DNA of 64,000 nt from Octopus vulgaris (lineage: Eukaryota). Made by a program: the position numbers and the translations under genes. Numbering within the stretch: position 1 is the first letter of the stretch; each line of letters opens with the position of its first letter. The DNA is taken from positions 26,102,001-26,166,000 of the forward strand of contig OX597820.1 in assembly GCA_951406725.2 (NCBI GenBank), given 5' to 3'. The notes below the pieces were generated by a model. That model was not told the origin of the DNA. It saw only the letters and a list, made by a program, of their open reading frames with translations, and ran no database searches. Positions 48,568 to 62,825 of the stretch are shown piece after piece.

Positions 48568-49062
48568 GTGGCTTTTCAATAGTTTTTGTTGACCAAACCC
48601 ACAAGGTATTGCTCAAGTTGAAGCTCAAACAGACACTTGCCCAAGGTGTGATGCAGTTGGATAGGACCTGAAACCACCTGGTTGTGAAGCAACACAAACT
48701 TAATCATGCAGGTATGCTTGTGCCTGTCTCTAAAGATTCTTTTAACTGGTTTGTGCAGATGTTAGGAGGGCAATTTTCACAGATAATCTCTGTTTGGTGA
48801 ATAAGTGCGATAAAATTATTAAGTTAGACTTAAGTTATAATAGTGGGACTTAAGACCTTTTAATTCCTGTCTTAAGCTCTTTGACTAATTTTGCCATTTT
48901 AGTTGCTTAGAAGAGCCCTCATGATCAAGACTTAAAGAGTTATAAAAATCCTTAAAAAAAAAATTAGGGATCAAAAAATCCTCCCATTTTCTAATTTGTT
49001 GAATCAAGAAGAAATGAGATTTTGTGAAGCAAGCAAATTATCACAAATCAAATAGGAAAATT

Positions 49063-49103
<41 letters not shown>

Positions 49104-51158
49104 ATGCATGTTTACAGATCTTTGTCATATAGATTAGCTGCTAATGGAAGTATTTAAAGTCTGTCTAGTAATCTATGTCAAAGCCTACACATTCTTGTGA
49201 ACCCATTAACATTTTATCTTTTATTTGTAGTGTATAGCCTTAGAGATTTTAATTTCAAATTTATTAAATGGATATTACACATGATCTAATTAAAGTAGAG
49301 GTTTTGTAGTTTTGTCTCAGCTGTTTTTCAGTAAGTTGTCTTATCAGTTCTTGTTTAAATGAGTTTTTAAACAAACCCAGAAAATTATACAGAACATCTA
49401 ATCACTGCTGTTATCTTTACCAGCAACATCTTTAGTGTTCATTTTCAGCATTTTTCTGAGACTATACTTTATGCTTTCCAACAAATTACTTGTGTGTGCA
49501 TTCATGTACATGCATGCACAGGTGTGCATGTACACACAGACACACACACCCTTTTAGCATGCTTAGGTATATCATGGTGCCATATGAGTTTTTCTCCCTG
49601 TAGCTGTGGGTACATTGTGTTGCATTGAGAGGGGAGAAAACTTCTGTGGCAACATGATGGGTTTGCAGTGTAATAGGTAGGGGCTATCTATTTGTCAATG
49701 TTAACCATGCTATTGCATATATATATATATGTGCAGGCCTAGGTATGATTTTCTTATGGAAGTCAAGCACTTCTCTAGGCATACAAGCTTCTCCTCTCTA
49801 CATATCTTATACTTATCCAAAGGAAAGGTTCCCAATTTTGGCTGACACTGCTGTCAGAATGCAAAGAGTTGAAATAGCTATTAAAAGGCATCTTACTTAA
49901 GCTCTGAATTCCCTATGGAGCATAAGCCAACTTGCTCTACTGTTCTCAACTTGAGGCTTCTTCATTTTGAATTGGTATTGATGCTTCTGTGACTTTACTT
50001 TTTTTCTAGATAGGAGCGTTAGCCCTGTGCAAATCCATTTCTACCTCTAGAAGAAGTCCATATTAGACTGGTCTCTAATCTTTGACCTATTGACCTATCT
50101 AGCATGAGGTGGTGGAGTGACCTACCTGGAGCTTGTGCTGTGCTAATATAGGTCACAGGGTTGACGAGGCACACAAACCACCACATCACAAGAACTGGAC
50201 CTTGTAGTGGACAAGGCATCTTGCCCAACCCTTCTACTGCTCCACCAATTTAATGCCCCAGATTGGTAATATTTCATCAACTCTGAAAGGATGAAAAGCA
50301 AAAGTTGACCTCAGAGGAATTTCAGATAGAGTTATCTTTTTTATTTTTATTTATGTATATTTTTTTTACTTGTTTCTGACTTTGAACTGCAGTCATGCTG
50401 GGGCACTGTCTGTCTTCAAGGGTTTAATTAAACAAATAGACCTCTGTACAAACGTATTGTCTGGTTTGGGAACAAATACCAGCAGGTATTTTTTCCAGCA
50501 CTCTTAATGATTTTACTAATTTGTTGCTAGTAAAATTGTTGTAAAATACCATAATATAAATTAAAAGCAGAAGTATTGCTATTTTGATGTTTATTTCAAT
50601 GTCTGAAAAAAGAAAAAGAGGAAAATGGAAAATATGTTAGGCATTCATGGTATAAATTAAGCTTGAAAATGTAAATATTAACTAACAGAGTAATTATTTC
50701 AATTAGAGCTTATATAACATCTGAGAGATACAACAACAACAACAAAAAAAATCCAATTTTAAATCTTTTGAACACTGAAAAAAATTGGTCAAGTAGACAC
50801 ATTTGAGTTAGGATTTAGTTTACTGAAAGCATTGGCTGTTAAGAAAGAATTTTGTCTACCGATGAGATTTTGTTTAGTAAATACTTAAAAACTACTACTG
50901 AGGTAATTGATTTGCACTTAAAGGTTTTACTTTGAGGTTGGCACTTTTGACTTCTGCTTTAATAACTATGCATCTTAAAATAGAGGTAAGTCAGCGACCC
51001 AGTTTTAGATGTCTTAGTTGTAGAAGTCCTTTCATTCCACTTGCACCACTAGTGTTCTTGAGAAAGATATTACACAAATACCTCATTTTCTTCCCTTGTA
51101 ACATCTCTGGCCTTATGTTTATATAGAAAGAAAGCAAAAAATATGTCCTGTCAAATGT

Positions 51159-51225
<67 letters not shown>

Positions 51226-51289
51226 TTGTTACATTCGACCTTTGTGTATATTGGGAGAAGGAGGCTGATATAAGTTAAAATAAGTAGTA

Positions 51290-52159
51290 TACGAGCTCTG
51301 ATCAGTAAGAATCCAGACTGTTGCCATAGTAATGAAGCTAAAGCATGCAGAATGAAGACACTTGGCACAGATTGACTTTGAATTATACTGTGCATGCGTA
51401 TGAAGTTCTAACGTTCTAACTCACATCCGCTGTTTATGGCAGTATTTGGAGGGAAGGTGTGTAGTGTGTGACCGTTACATTGACTATAACAGAAAGTTGA
51501 ACAGAGAATCTGCATCAAATTTTGCCAAAAGCTTGGCGATACATGTTCAGAGGGCTACATAAAGTTTTCAAAAAGTTTTCATTGTTCTCAACACAAAGAG
51601 ATCTTGTGCAACTGAAACCCATGTGTCCTTTTGGTCAGCTGAAAGCAGTTTTGGCACAAAGTTGGCAGACACACATCTCACACCCAAATCTTCAGTGATA
51701 ATGGGCTGAAGTGAACCATAACTAATCTGTACATCCTCTGATAATTCACAGATGATGATTTGACAATTTCCTCTCACTGCTGCATGCACATCTGCGATAT
51801 TTTTCTCAGTTCTGCTGGTTGTAGGTCTCCCAGAACGTTTGTCAATATCGACATTTTTCGGCCATCTTGGAAACGTCTGAGCCACTCATACACATGTATG
51901 TGGCTCATACACTCCTCTCCATACATTTCTGCATCTTTGCATAGGCCCCTGAGCCGGTATCTTCATGACAACTTTCTCTGTTGTGATCAATGTGACAATC
52001 ACATGCTACACACCTTCCTTCCAAGCACTGCTATAAACAGCAGAAGTGAGCCAGAACATTAAAAGTTAGTGTGCCAAACTATGCTAAGCGGCTTCACTCT
52101 GCCTGCTTTAGCTTCGTTACTATGGCAACAGTCTGGATACCTATTGATTAGACGTCGTA
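51290..52159. mobile_element. Snap-back mariner derivative made of two 5' halves in inverted orientation
   Basis: TA|TACGAGCTCTGATCAGTAAG... and ...TTGATTAGACGTCGTA are inverted ends. The + strand encodes EQRICIKFCQKLGDT; the - strand encodes RSGRPTTSRT...SANFVPKLLS. There is no catalytic DD34D half. Confidence 0.85.
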
Positions 52160-54636
52160 TGTCTCAGACAGTCTATGAGCCATCTTAAACATGTACTATA
52201 GAAATATTATTTAGAAATAGTAATTAATCTTTGCCTTTAAACAAGAAATTGATTCTTTTCAAGAGACTTGCATATTGTTAAGTAATATTATTTGATAGAC
52301 TGCATAAAAATGTTCCTTTCTGTTGTAATAAAGTACCCTCCACCAAAAGAACTTCATGTGGAAAATAGCATCAAAATTTCCTCTTTCAAGACAGCAGAAT
52401 GTATCTAGGATACTATTGTATTCCTGAAAATATGATGGGATTTGTCATGGTTTGAATAACTTTCTTTGTAGGTCTGCTAAATGCTGACTTTGGGCTGAAC
52501 AACATTTAAAACAAGTGTGTGTGTACGTACGCGCATGTGCACACACGCACACACAGAGGATAATAGGTTAAACTATATGATGAAGTTTTTTTTTTGTTAT
52601 CTAGAAGTGCCATAAATAAATAATGTGATTTTCTTCACTTTTAATTGATTTATATTTAAATGTGTTCGGAATAATGGTACTTGGTTCTATAAGTATTGCT
52701 TTTCATGAGGTCACAAATGTTAAGGAAGTATTATATATGCATACACTCTTCCTTTGGCGAAAGCTCAAGGAAAACTGATTTTCTATCAAATACCTATCTC
52801 AAGCAGTCCAAACTTATATTGGAAAGATAATTTGTAGTCAGAATTCCATAGGAATGTTGCCATGTTTGGTAAAATCTGCCAAATTGAACCTGAAATGACT
52901 TTCTATATATGACATCAACTCCACATCCATTTATTTTTAAAGGCTGAGCCATTATGTAATGTTTTTGTTTTTTAAATAATTTTTTATTCCATTAGTCATG
53001 TACTGTTCCGATGCATCTTAAATAGCATCAGAAGGGGTATTCATGGTAGTTGTGACCAAATTGCATTTCATTAAGTTGATAGCAAATTTTAGCAATTCTA
53101 AATGTCTTATACGTGACAGATGTATAATCTTGTTGTAATAATCTTCTTTATCATATTTAATAATAAATGCCATACCTTTAGTCTATCTTTATTTCCTTGC
53201 ATTGAGACTTTCTCTGAAGTACATATCAAATACAAATACAAAAAAGAAAAGAAAGAAAAAGAACATATAGCAAAATAAAACAAAAATAACAATGGAAAAT
53301 ATCGTACACTGCATGACTAAAGTACAGTAAGAACAAGAATAACCTGATCTGCTCTTTTCATTCACTCTTAGTCATTAGCATTACTGATGTATGCGTACAT
53401 GTATGCATGTTTGTGCCTTCAATTTTTTGCTATCTGTTAATGTGCGCACATTTGCACACTAGTCAAGATCTGATGAAATCATGGATATCAAAAATAGCAA
53501 CAAAATTCCAATACTTTTTATTATTTTTTTATTCTCCAAAGTATGTGTGTGTAGTGTGACACAAATAACTAAATTTATACTTGACCTTCAAAATGTGTTT
53601 ATAGGTTAACAATCTGTGTTTAACATGTTCATTGAAGCATGCTGTTTTTATATATATTGTATTACATTCAATCCGAAGTAAGATTTTTTTTCATCATTTA
53701 TCTACTTTATGGACGCTGTTCCAGTGTATTATTGTAGTAAAATTTTCCATTCATTTCAGCATACATTTCATGTATGCTTTCATGATAGGTTTAGAAATGT
53801 TTTTGTTTATTGGTAATATGTATTTTCTTTCTTTGCTTTTGCATGTTATGCTATTGATTAATGAAGGGTTTGGCAATAAAGGGAACTTGCTATATTTGAA
53901 GGGATACTGATAATGCTAGAATCCACTCTTGAATAAAGGGCTCAAGACCTAAAATTTGCCAAGACAAGATATCTATTTATTCGAGATAAACTGGAATGAG
54001 TTTGAGAATAAGTAATGGAAATTATTTTAGGAAATTTTTGGATAAAATCTGATATAGAAACTCCTCTTTATGTATCCAGCACATTTTTCTGAAATTTCCC
54101 AAAGATAACTGCTATATCTGTCCATAGATTTCAATTGTCATGGATTTTGGAAAACTAAAATACATGTATGTAAGAATAACCTAATTAATTTGGAGTAGTA
54201 AATGAGAATTAGAAAAACATTGAGCGAATGAAGGAAGAAAATTATCAAAGATATAGAGAGAGGAGTGGGGAAAATTTCTGTACTCTGATTCTTAAGCTCT
54301 TTCTATACTTGTCATCAATTGTTCCAATCTGGTAACAAGGTTTACTTCCTTTTGTGCAGAATGCATCAGGTGTTCTCTTTATTAATTGGGAACTCTGTTG
54401 CAAAATAGTGACAGAAAATGTGTAATAGTATCGGCATCTATTTAATTTACAATGAAAATTCCTTTAGATATCAAATGTATAGCTATCATGGTTGCATTAG
54501 GTGCTGTATTGTTATATCAACTTAGTTTTGATTCTTTTTATTTCACTTACATTATTAATGCTCATATGAAAGGCATAAAATGTCAATAATTCACCATCAC
54601 CATTGTTGTTATTGTTATTATTATTTTATCACCACC

Positions 54637-54668
<32 letters not shown>

Positions 54669-55099
54669 TCAGGCAGCAACCTGGCAGAAACATTAGCATG
54701 TTGGGCAACATACTTAGTGGCATTTCGTTGTGAAGTTTGACTTAATAGTAGTTTGTTTGTTTCCTGTGAAAACAACAAAGAAACTCAGTACTTTTATTAA
54801 CATCTACTTCATTAGATCTTTGTTCAGAGGCATTCCTGCCACGACCATCTATTCTTTTTTTGTATGCAGGGAATGCAAGATCACATTACTTTTCCAAAGA
54901 CAGTGGGATATAATTTGGGGGAAATTTGGCTTTGATTTCTAACAGATCAGGTGACTACATCAGCTTGTGTGTGTGTGTGTGTTCCCCCTCCCTTCCACAT
55001 TTATAGTTCTGTAACAGTAAGATAATACACCTGTATGTACAATTGGTCATTGTTTCCTTTATAAAAACTGCCTGATACTTGGTTAAGGAAGCTACCAGG

Positions 55100-55600
55100 A
55101 ATTGCTATTACATCTAATTAGTATCATTAATTTTCAATTCCATAGAAACTTCCGTGAAGATTTTTCTTTTTAATGCTGAAGTTGGAAAGATAATTTAATG
55201 ATGATACTAGGGATGAAAGATTCAATGGCGATCATTTTTATTGAAATTCTTTCAGTGTATCCTATTTTCATTCTGAAGTCATTTGTCGATGGCATTAATG
55301 TTCCTGACATATATTTGCATATATGAATATTCATTCTTAGTTTGTTAAAGCTTGTTGTGATGATTGGATAAGACTCTGGATTAGTCATGTGTTCATACTG
55401 AGTGATTAGCACAGCATTGCTCTTATCAATAAGAATAATTACTCTGCTTCCATCAGCCTATTTGGATAAACTATAGGTAGGCCATGTCATTGCATCTTTG
55501 GATAGAATTGTTGATGTCTCTTGCTAGAACATTTGATTTTATATGCTTCAATTCACCCATTGGAAAGAGGCACTAAATCTTCGGAAAATGTCACCTTGGA
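55100..55600 (-). mobile_element. Possible highly decayed Penelope-like fragment
   Basis: A single motif, VIILIDKSNAVLI, resembles PLE II..ADKG.AVV. Confidence 0.3.
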
Positions 55601-57553
55601 CAGACTAGTGTCCTAATCAATGGGAGATTTGAATCAGTTTTCATCAATGATACCAAATGTAAGCAGTTGTTTCTGAGAAGTCTTAGGTTCTTTAGAAACA
55701 TTGAAAATGATTAAAAGGAAGTTTGGTTTGACATTTTTTTCTCTGCACCTGATGAGAATTTGAAAATAAGGAGTTTTGGTATTCTAGATGAAAATGACTA
55801 TACCATTGTCATAGAATTGTTAAAGATTTTCCCCTCTTGATAAAGTTCAGAGTATTTGAGTTCTATAATTACTAAAACTTATATAATTATTAAGAAATTT
55901 TGAAGTAGTGGCGTACTATTTATCATCATATTGATATGAATGAAGAAATGTTTGTAAATGTCAAATACTGTTAATATTTACCTCATATTATTACACATTA
56001 TTGTACAGTTTTATGTATTTTACAATTTATGTCTATTTTGTGTATGCAAGCACAATCCTGTGTTAATTTTATGGTCTAAATACCTGATGTTTGATCAGAT
56101 ATGACTAACTACTTATATTGGTTCTTTTTGTATTTTTTTTATTTGTATGACTATATAATTACTTCAATATGATACTTTACACAGTAAATGAAGATAGATT
56201 GCGTATTGATATTGGTTTAACGTGCTTTTTATATAGATGATAATGTTGGTGTTCTTATTGTTTGGAACAAGTATTTTGCTTCAGGGTACTTAGTTTGATA
56301 TGAAAATCTAATCTAATCAAATGAAATGTATTATTTTTATCACGGCTGCACTATGCACATGAACTTGTGTACACATGTGCATACTTTCGCAGCCCCCCAC
56401 CTTTTGTTATTACAAATATATTTACATGTTTCCTGTTTTAGCAAGGTGATTTACAAATTTGGACAACTGTATGCTTTGTAGGAGCTTAGTAATTTAAAGC
56501 TGGTTGACTCTTGCAATACAAATAACTACTGAAATGTGGGAATAGTGTTTTGTAGCATATATTTTTCCTGTCCAGTCTGTTAAATCAACATGTTTTCAAC
56601 TGAATCATTTTACTTTCTTATATGCTGGTATGGGTAGGATGTGTTTTCATAGTTCAGTCAGTCCTCCTAGATTGGTTAAAGGATCATGTCTTGTTTGTAC
56701 AATCCAGTTTGGCAGGGTTTCTATAACTGGATGCACTTCTTTAAAGTCAGCTACTTTATGGAGTGTACTGGGTGCATTTCATTGAGGTACCCACACTGGA
56801 GAGGTTGCCTTGTCCCTTGCAGGATTAAAGAATCTTCTCTACATTGTCACATTTACCGTAAACAATCAGAGAGAGAGTGGTGATAGGGAAAGAAAGAACC
56901 AAGGAGACAAGGTCAAAGAAGAGAGAGTATGACTAGTATTTATTATGTGTTCAGATTTCAAACTATATCAAGTTCAGCATTGCTTTTCATTCTTCTGGAG
57001 TGGATGAAATACCAGTGGTGTACTTGGGCTAATTTAATTGACTAAGCCTCTCCTTTATAAAAACTTGTAGCTTTCTTCAAAGTTAGAAATTAATTAATTT
57101 CCAAAAATAGTAACACACCAGATTAAATAAACTACTTGCTGTTTTATTCATTTCTATGTTTGTGTTGTTTAGAAGGGGACTTATTTCGAGGCAGCATTTT
57201 ATGGCCAGATGCTCTTCTCATCACCAATTTGTTTTCAAAAAAGGATTTTTTTCTTCTCCCCAACTGATTTTCAAAAGTGTCAAACGGTCATTTGTACAAG
57301 AAATATAAACATCACTATATTGCACATATGGTGATAGCAAAGCCATAGAATGTCAACATGTGCACACACATATACATGTGCGACTGGCTTCCATACAGTT
57401 TCCATCTATCAATTCTATTACAAGGCATTGATGAGCCTTAGAAGGAACTTGCCCAAGGTGCCATGATTACTCAATAAAATAAATGATCAATAAGATAAAT
57501 ACTAGGCTTGTACTGGATCAACCAATCCATTTGATTATATTCATACTATACAG

Positions 57554-57713
57554 AATTATGGCAATGTGTCACTGGAATTCAGTATTGCTGGTATTTGGAG
57601 AATTAATTGAATCCAGTGCAGAGAAGAGTGAAACAGTTCTGTCTAGAATTATACCTATCATGAAAATAATGAAAAATTGCTCAAGACACAGTGGAGAAAA
57701 CAAAGGAGTAAAG
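57554..57713 (+). CDS. Candidate 160-nt exon of an unidentified gene (one open frame: MAMCHWNSVLLVFGELIESSAEKSETVLSRIIPIMKIMKNCSRHSGENKGVK)
   Basis: Acceptor TCATACTATACAG|, donor AAG|GTAATT, purine-rich interior contrasting with T-rich flanks, and not repeat-like. No homology recognised. Confidence 0.35.
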
Positions 57714-58569
57714 GTAATTTACAATACCTACATAAGAACTGAGGGAAAAATTCTAATTAAATATTTTTATTTTAAAGAGAAAGTATTTGTAGTTTTAACT
57801 AATGAAGTACTATACTATTTTATTTGAATGTTATGTTCTACCTTTAATTGAAGAACATGAAGGATAAATGGCACAAGAATTATTTGTTGGATATAGGTTG
57901 GCATTCTGTTTTTTGTTTACTTAGCTGTTCCTTGCAAATTTAATTAGGCGAGTATTTTCCCAAGTTCCAATTACACTATTGCCAGTATGGGATTATTTTA
58001 TTTTTAGTTTATCTTTTTTTTTTTTTTGTTCTTGTTGCTAGAAATCCAACTCCAAATAGAGCGATTGTTCTGAATTCTATTTAAAGATTAGGTAAACGTA
58101 AAGAGAAATAGTATTAAGAAAGATAAAAGTATTTAAACTATGTGATAATTGCTTAGAATGAATGTAGTTTGTACGTGCATGCTTTAATGCCTATTTTTTC
58201 TAGTGTGCGTGCGTGTGTAGGAGAGGAATTGGCTATTACCTATTTTCTGAATGTTGTCTTTTAGTTAGATGATTCTAGCTTAAAATTTGTTAAGAGAGAG
58301 CCTACTTGACAGACAGTTGCTTAGTGAAGTAATATAATGGCTTGGCAAAGCTTTGACTTGGCTGATTTCAGTCTGGGAAATTTACTTTAGACAGAGTATC
58401 AGCCGTTCAGTAGTTTTTCAGGTTCACAGAATAAAATTTGGTTAATTTCTCCTCATTGCCTAATGGATACTTTGAAGAGAAGAAAGTTGGATTTATTACT
58501 GCAAAGCCTGCTGCTTTGGTATGCTATCATGTGCCTGAACTCTACTGTCATAATAATAATGATAATAAT

Positions 58570-58787
58570 AATCCTTTCTACTATAGACATAAAGCCTGGA
58601 TTTTGTGGGGAGGGGGACAGTCAATCATATTGACCCCAATACTCAACTGGTACTTATTTTATCGACCCCCAAAAGGATGAAAGGCAAAGTTGACCCCAGT
58701 AGCATTTGAACTCAGAGTGTAAAGTCGGACAAAACACTGCTAAGCATTTTGCTCGGTGTGCTAATGATTCTGCCAGCTCACTGCCCT
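58570..58787 (-). mobile_element. SINE family B flanked by (AAT)n
   Basis: Matches 5687-5923. Other B copies are at 41735-41930 (-), 56940-57090 (+) and 61185-61400 (+). Confidence 0.8.
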
Positions 58788-58879
58788 AATAATAATAATA
58801 ATAATAATAATATGGTATAAATTTTGGTATAAAGCTAGCAATTTTGGGGGAAGCGGGTAATTTGGTTACATTGACTCCA

Positions 58880-59965
58880 GGTAGAATCAACCTGCCAGTG
58901 GACCTCTGTAGGAATTTGGTGGAAACTGTTTTTGCACATAACAATAGCAATGCACTTGAGTCCGTCTCATGCAAGACTGTCTTCTCATGGACCCCATCTA
59001 CCTCTTGGATGATCAAGTGTTTCTTGTTACATTACACCATCACAGTGTGTGCTGATGGAGTTCTTATGCACACTCTCTCTTACCCCACACTAGCAATTCT
59101 GGTGTGCACCAAAGTTCAGTTTTGTCCCCAATGCTATTCCTCTGATACATCGATTACTTACTTTGCTGTCACTTCTAACAAATCCCTCTTCTATAGAATT
59201 GATACTGCTCTCGTTCATCTCATCTTACATACTTGATGCTGTCCACGTGCAACCTGAATAACCAGGCTATACCTGCACTACTCCCATAAAGATCATACTA
59301 ATCTTGTCTCTTTCTATAACAAAGACAACCACTATACATATCACAAAAACAACGTTGCCAACTCCAGTTTCAAACACAAACAACACACAGCTAGAATCAC
59401 CAATGCTACAAATACCTTCTACCAATGAAGGACTCTCCTGATAAATGCACAATCTCAACATAGCAAACCTGCATCACAAAGACTGCTGTTCCTCTTCAGA
59501 GCCAGAAAATATTTCAGCCCCAGAAAATACATAGGCCTTCAACAGCTACTGACCCTTTACAAAACTCAGGTGAGACCCAAAATAGAGTACTGTTCTTACA
59601 TCTGGGACAGTGCTGTTGCTACATATACCAACATCCTAGACCAGATCTTTCAAAGGTGGCTCAGCTGATTCACATGTAGTCCAAGCATGATGTCTCCTCA
59701 CTTTGCCCCCCACCCCTTTTTTATTGCTTCTATAATGGCTTCTCCTCTGGCTCAAACCTCTCTGGTCTCGTCTCACCTTCACTGACTTTGGATGTGTTCA
59801 TCTCTGACCATCTCTATTGCACCCCCATCCCAAATCTGCATGGCTCACTTTAACCAGTCCTTCTTTATGAAATATCATCCTTTTTGAATTCTCTCTCCCA
59901 TTCATGTTTTTTTCCTGCAGCCATCAGCTTGCAACTGTTCACAGGAAACATTAACCATATTGATC
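58880..59965 (+). mobile_element. CR1/Jockey-group LINE RT C-terminal fossil, probably the same family as 8340-9235
   Basis: NSGVHQSSVLSPMLFL*YID (compare GVPQGSVLSP.LF..YIND) and LYKTQVRPKIEYCSYIWDSA (compare LYK..IRP.LEYC..W). Confidence 0.85.
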
Positions 59966-62524
59966 TCACTGAGCCTAGAAAGCTCCAAAAGCTATGAGCA
60001 CAGACCAAACCAATAACAGAAATATTAGTACTTGAATATCACGGTGACCTACTTACTAAAGCTATAGCTATAATTTACTTCAGTCTGAACAGTCTTGTTA
60101 GCGGCTTTGTCCAATACTTTCAGGGACATCATTTGTACTGAAACTTCCTCAAGAAGTTTTTCCATGTTTGCTGAAGCTGGTTAAATTAATTGTAATGATG
60201 GCTTTCACTATAATTTAAAAGTAAAAGATTCTGAACTTATTTCTCTTGTGTCATGTTGAATTTAATGAGAACCTCTCGTAGCAAATGAAGTAAGTTTAAT
60301 TTCTTGAGTTAACTAATAGCTACCAAAATTAAATTAGCAACTAATAATTATTGCATCCAGGAAGAGTTTTGCCTTTGTTATTTTCCTTTCAGTTCAGACC
60401 AGTCTATTGCTGAATGTCTTCTAAGGAACTATTTTGTTACAGGATAAATACTGCTCTGCTTTTCAAATAGCAAGTGAATTTTCAGTAATTTTATTATTTA
60501 AAGTTGAAATTAAATCAGTTGTTTTGCTCTTCATTCATCTGCTGTCAGTTCTAAATAAAATTAAGTCTGGCAACTAGATGAATAGTTTTTTAATAATATT
60601 CATGAAGAATATTTAAAGTTTCCATTTGTTCTTATTGGGTTCCTTTCATTAGCATCGCCACCATCTCATAAATATGGTAAAATTTTGTTGGAATTTTGGA
60701 TGCAAATGCATTTTAGTTTCATCTACACTGAAGTGATTTTTCTGCTCCCTTCAAGCTGGTTATCTATTTGAGTATCAGCGTTTGTATTTCTCATTACGTT
60801 TAATTTAACTGAGACGCAGTTTCTAATCTTAATTGTTATAGCATTTCTTGGAAATTTATGTAGGGGAGTTATTTTTGTTTCGATTCAAACAAATGATAAA
60901 AAGACAGTATATAAAATGAATAAATAATAAACCAACATTAAAAAGAGAAAGCATTCGGTAATACAGTTTACAAATACTTGAATTTGTTGTATAATGATTC
61001 TTATCTGAATCATTATTACGGAATCATACTTGGAGTGATATAAGTTGTGCTTATTTTTAAATGTGTGTATTTGCATGTGTATGAAGGAATGAGGTTACAA
61101 TATGAATGTACTATAATTTTTTTTTTTATGTTACATTCCAAAGTGATCATATTTTAATTCTGTGATTTTCTAGATATAGAATTAACATGCTGGCAGAATC
61201 ATTAAAGCATTAGAAAATTTGCTGTGTAGTATTTCTTCTGATGCTCTATATTCTAAGTTCAAATCTTGATATGGTTGATTCTGCCCTTCATCTTTTCAGT
61301 TTCAATGAAACAAAGTACCCGTCAAGTACTGGAGCCATTGGTGTTGATTAAGCCCCCTCCCCTCAAAGTTGCTGGCATTGTACCTAAATCAAAAACCATT
61401 ATGATATTCTTATACTGACAGAATGGCTTTTAATGTATTAACAGTTTTGTGAAAAAAAGAAAAAGATATATCTAATGAATAGACTGGCCATATGTTTCAA
61501 TTAATTTTCAATATAATTAAGATTTTGGAGAGCTGTATGAAAATATCAATAACTTTATATATTGATATATTATGCTGGTGTTAACTAAAGTCTCATAATA
61601 TCAATCATAGTATAAGAAGATTTTAATTGAGATTATAATTTAAATAGAGGTACAACATGGATTTTCTGGTATCTTTGGTTCCAATGTCTTTCTGGATTAC
61701 TAATTTTTTTTCCTATCCAGAGGTGGTCACCTTGGTCAACACACTATGTTAAATAAATATTCAATTTACTTAAACAATTAAATGAATACAGGTACCTGTA
61801 TATCAGTGTAATTAATACACTAGTAAACTTCTCTGGCAGCTGTGGGAATTTGAAGTTTCTGCTTTTAAATTAGTGCAAATTATAAGGCGTTCTGAACCAC
61901 CGGTGTCTGGTAAGTTGGTGTTGTACCTGTATAAACTCTTTTGTATGGGCATTGCCAGGCAGGTTGCTACTAAAAGGGTCAAATATATAATTCTTTTTTT
62001 TCCCTTTTGTAAACCTGCCTCCTTCATTCACTTCAACATTAGTCACAACATGATTTATAATTAGTACAGTTGGTAATATGTATTCGCCATTACTGATACT
62101 TCAATCAACTATGTTGTTGAAAGGGCAACTCATTGATATTTAAAATTAAAAATAGTTGCATATTGTAGACCAGTTTGGATATTAACATCTGTTGACTGAT
62201 TTACTCTAGCAAAAATATTTGTCAGATTATTATTGCAAGATTTTATGCTTATCCTAGTGTATTTTGCATTTCACAAGAAAGAAAAAAAAGAAAAGAAAAG
62301 AAAAAACAGGCCAAGATAACAAGAAGTTTGGAATAATTGATGAAGGGATAAAATAGCATTTTGAAATGTTAAGTAAACAACATGTTTGTGGAAAAATAAT
62401 GTTTTTAGCTAATTGTTGTTTCAAGTAGTACAGTTTCTTGATAATTGCAGTCACAAACTTAGTTTCTCTATTCTTGTGTCCACATAAGGGGAAAGCTGAT
62501 AATTTTTGTTTCTCTAGTCTTTTG

Positions 62525-62825
62525 TCTTTTATTTGTTTCATTCATTGAACTGCAGCCATTCTGGAACAGATGCCGATCTCTTTTGCCAAACTATCAAGTT
62601 TCAGGGACGTAAACAAACCAACACTAGTTGTCAAGCAGTAGTGGACACGCAGACGTAACACACATGACAGGCTTATTTCAGTTTCCATCTACCAAATCCA
62701 TTTGCACAGCGTTGGTCAGCTTGGGGCTATAGTAGAAGACACTTGCTCAAGGTGCCATGAGATAGGATTGAACTTATGACCACATGGTTGGGAAACCAGT
62801 TTCTCAGAACACACAGCCATGCTGA
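62525..62825 (-). mobile_element. SINE family A, internally deleted
   Basis: Head and tail motifs match 29104-29511. Confidence 0.8.

Noticed and set aside
55748-55775. CTGATGAG...GAAA hammerhead-like core
   Set aside because: No supportable stems I-III.
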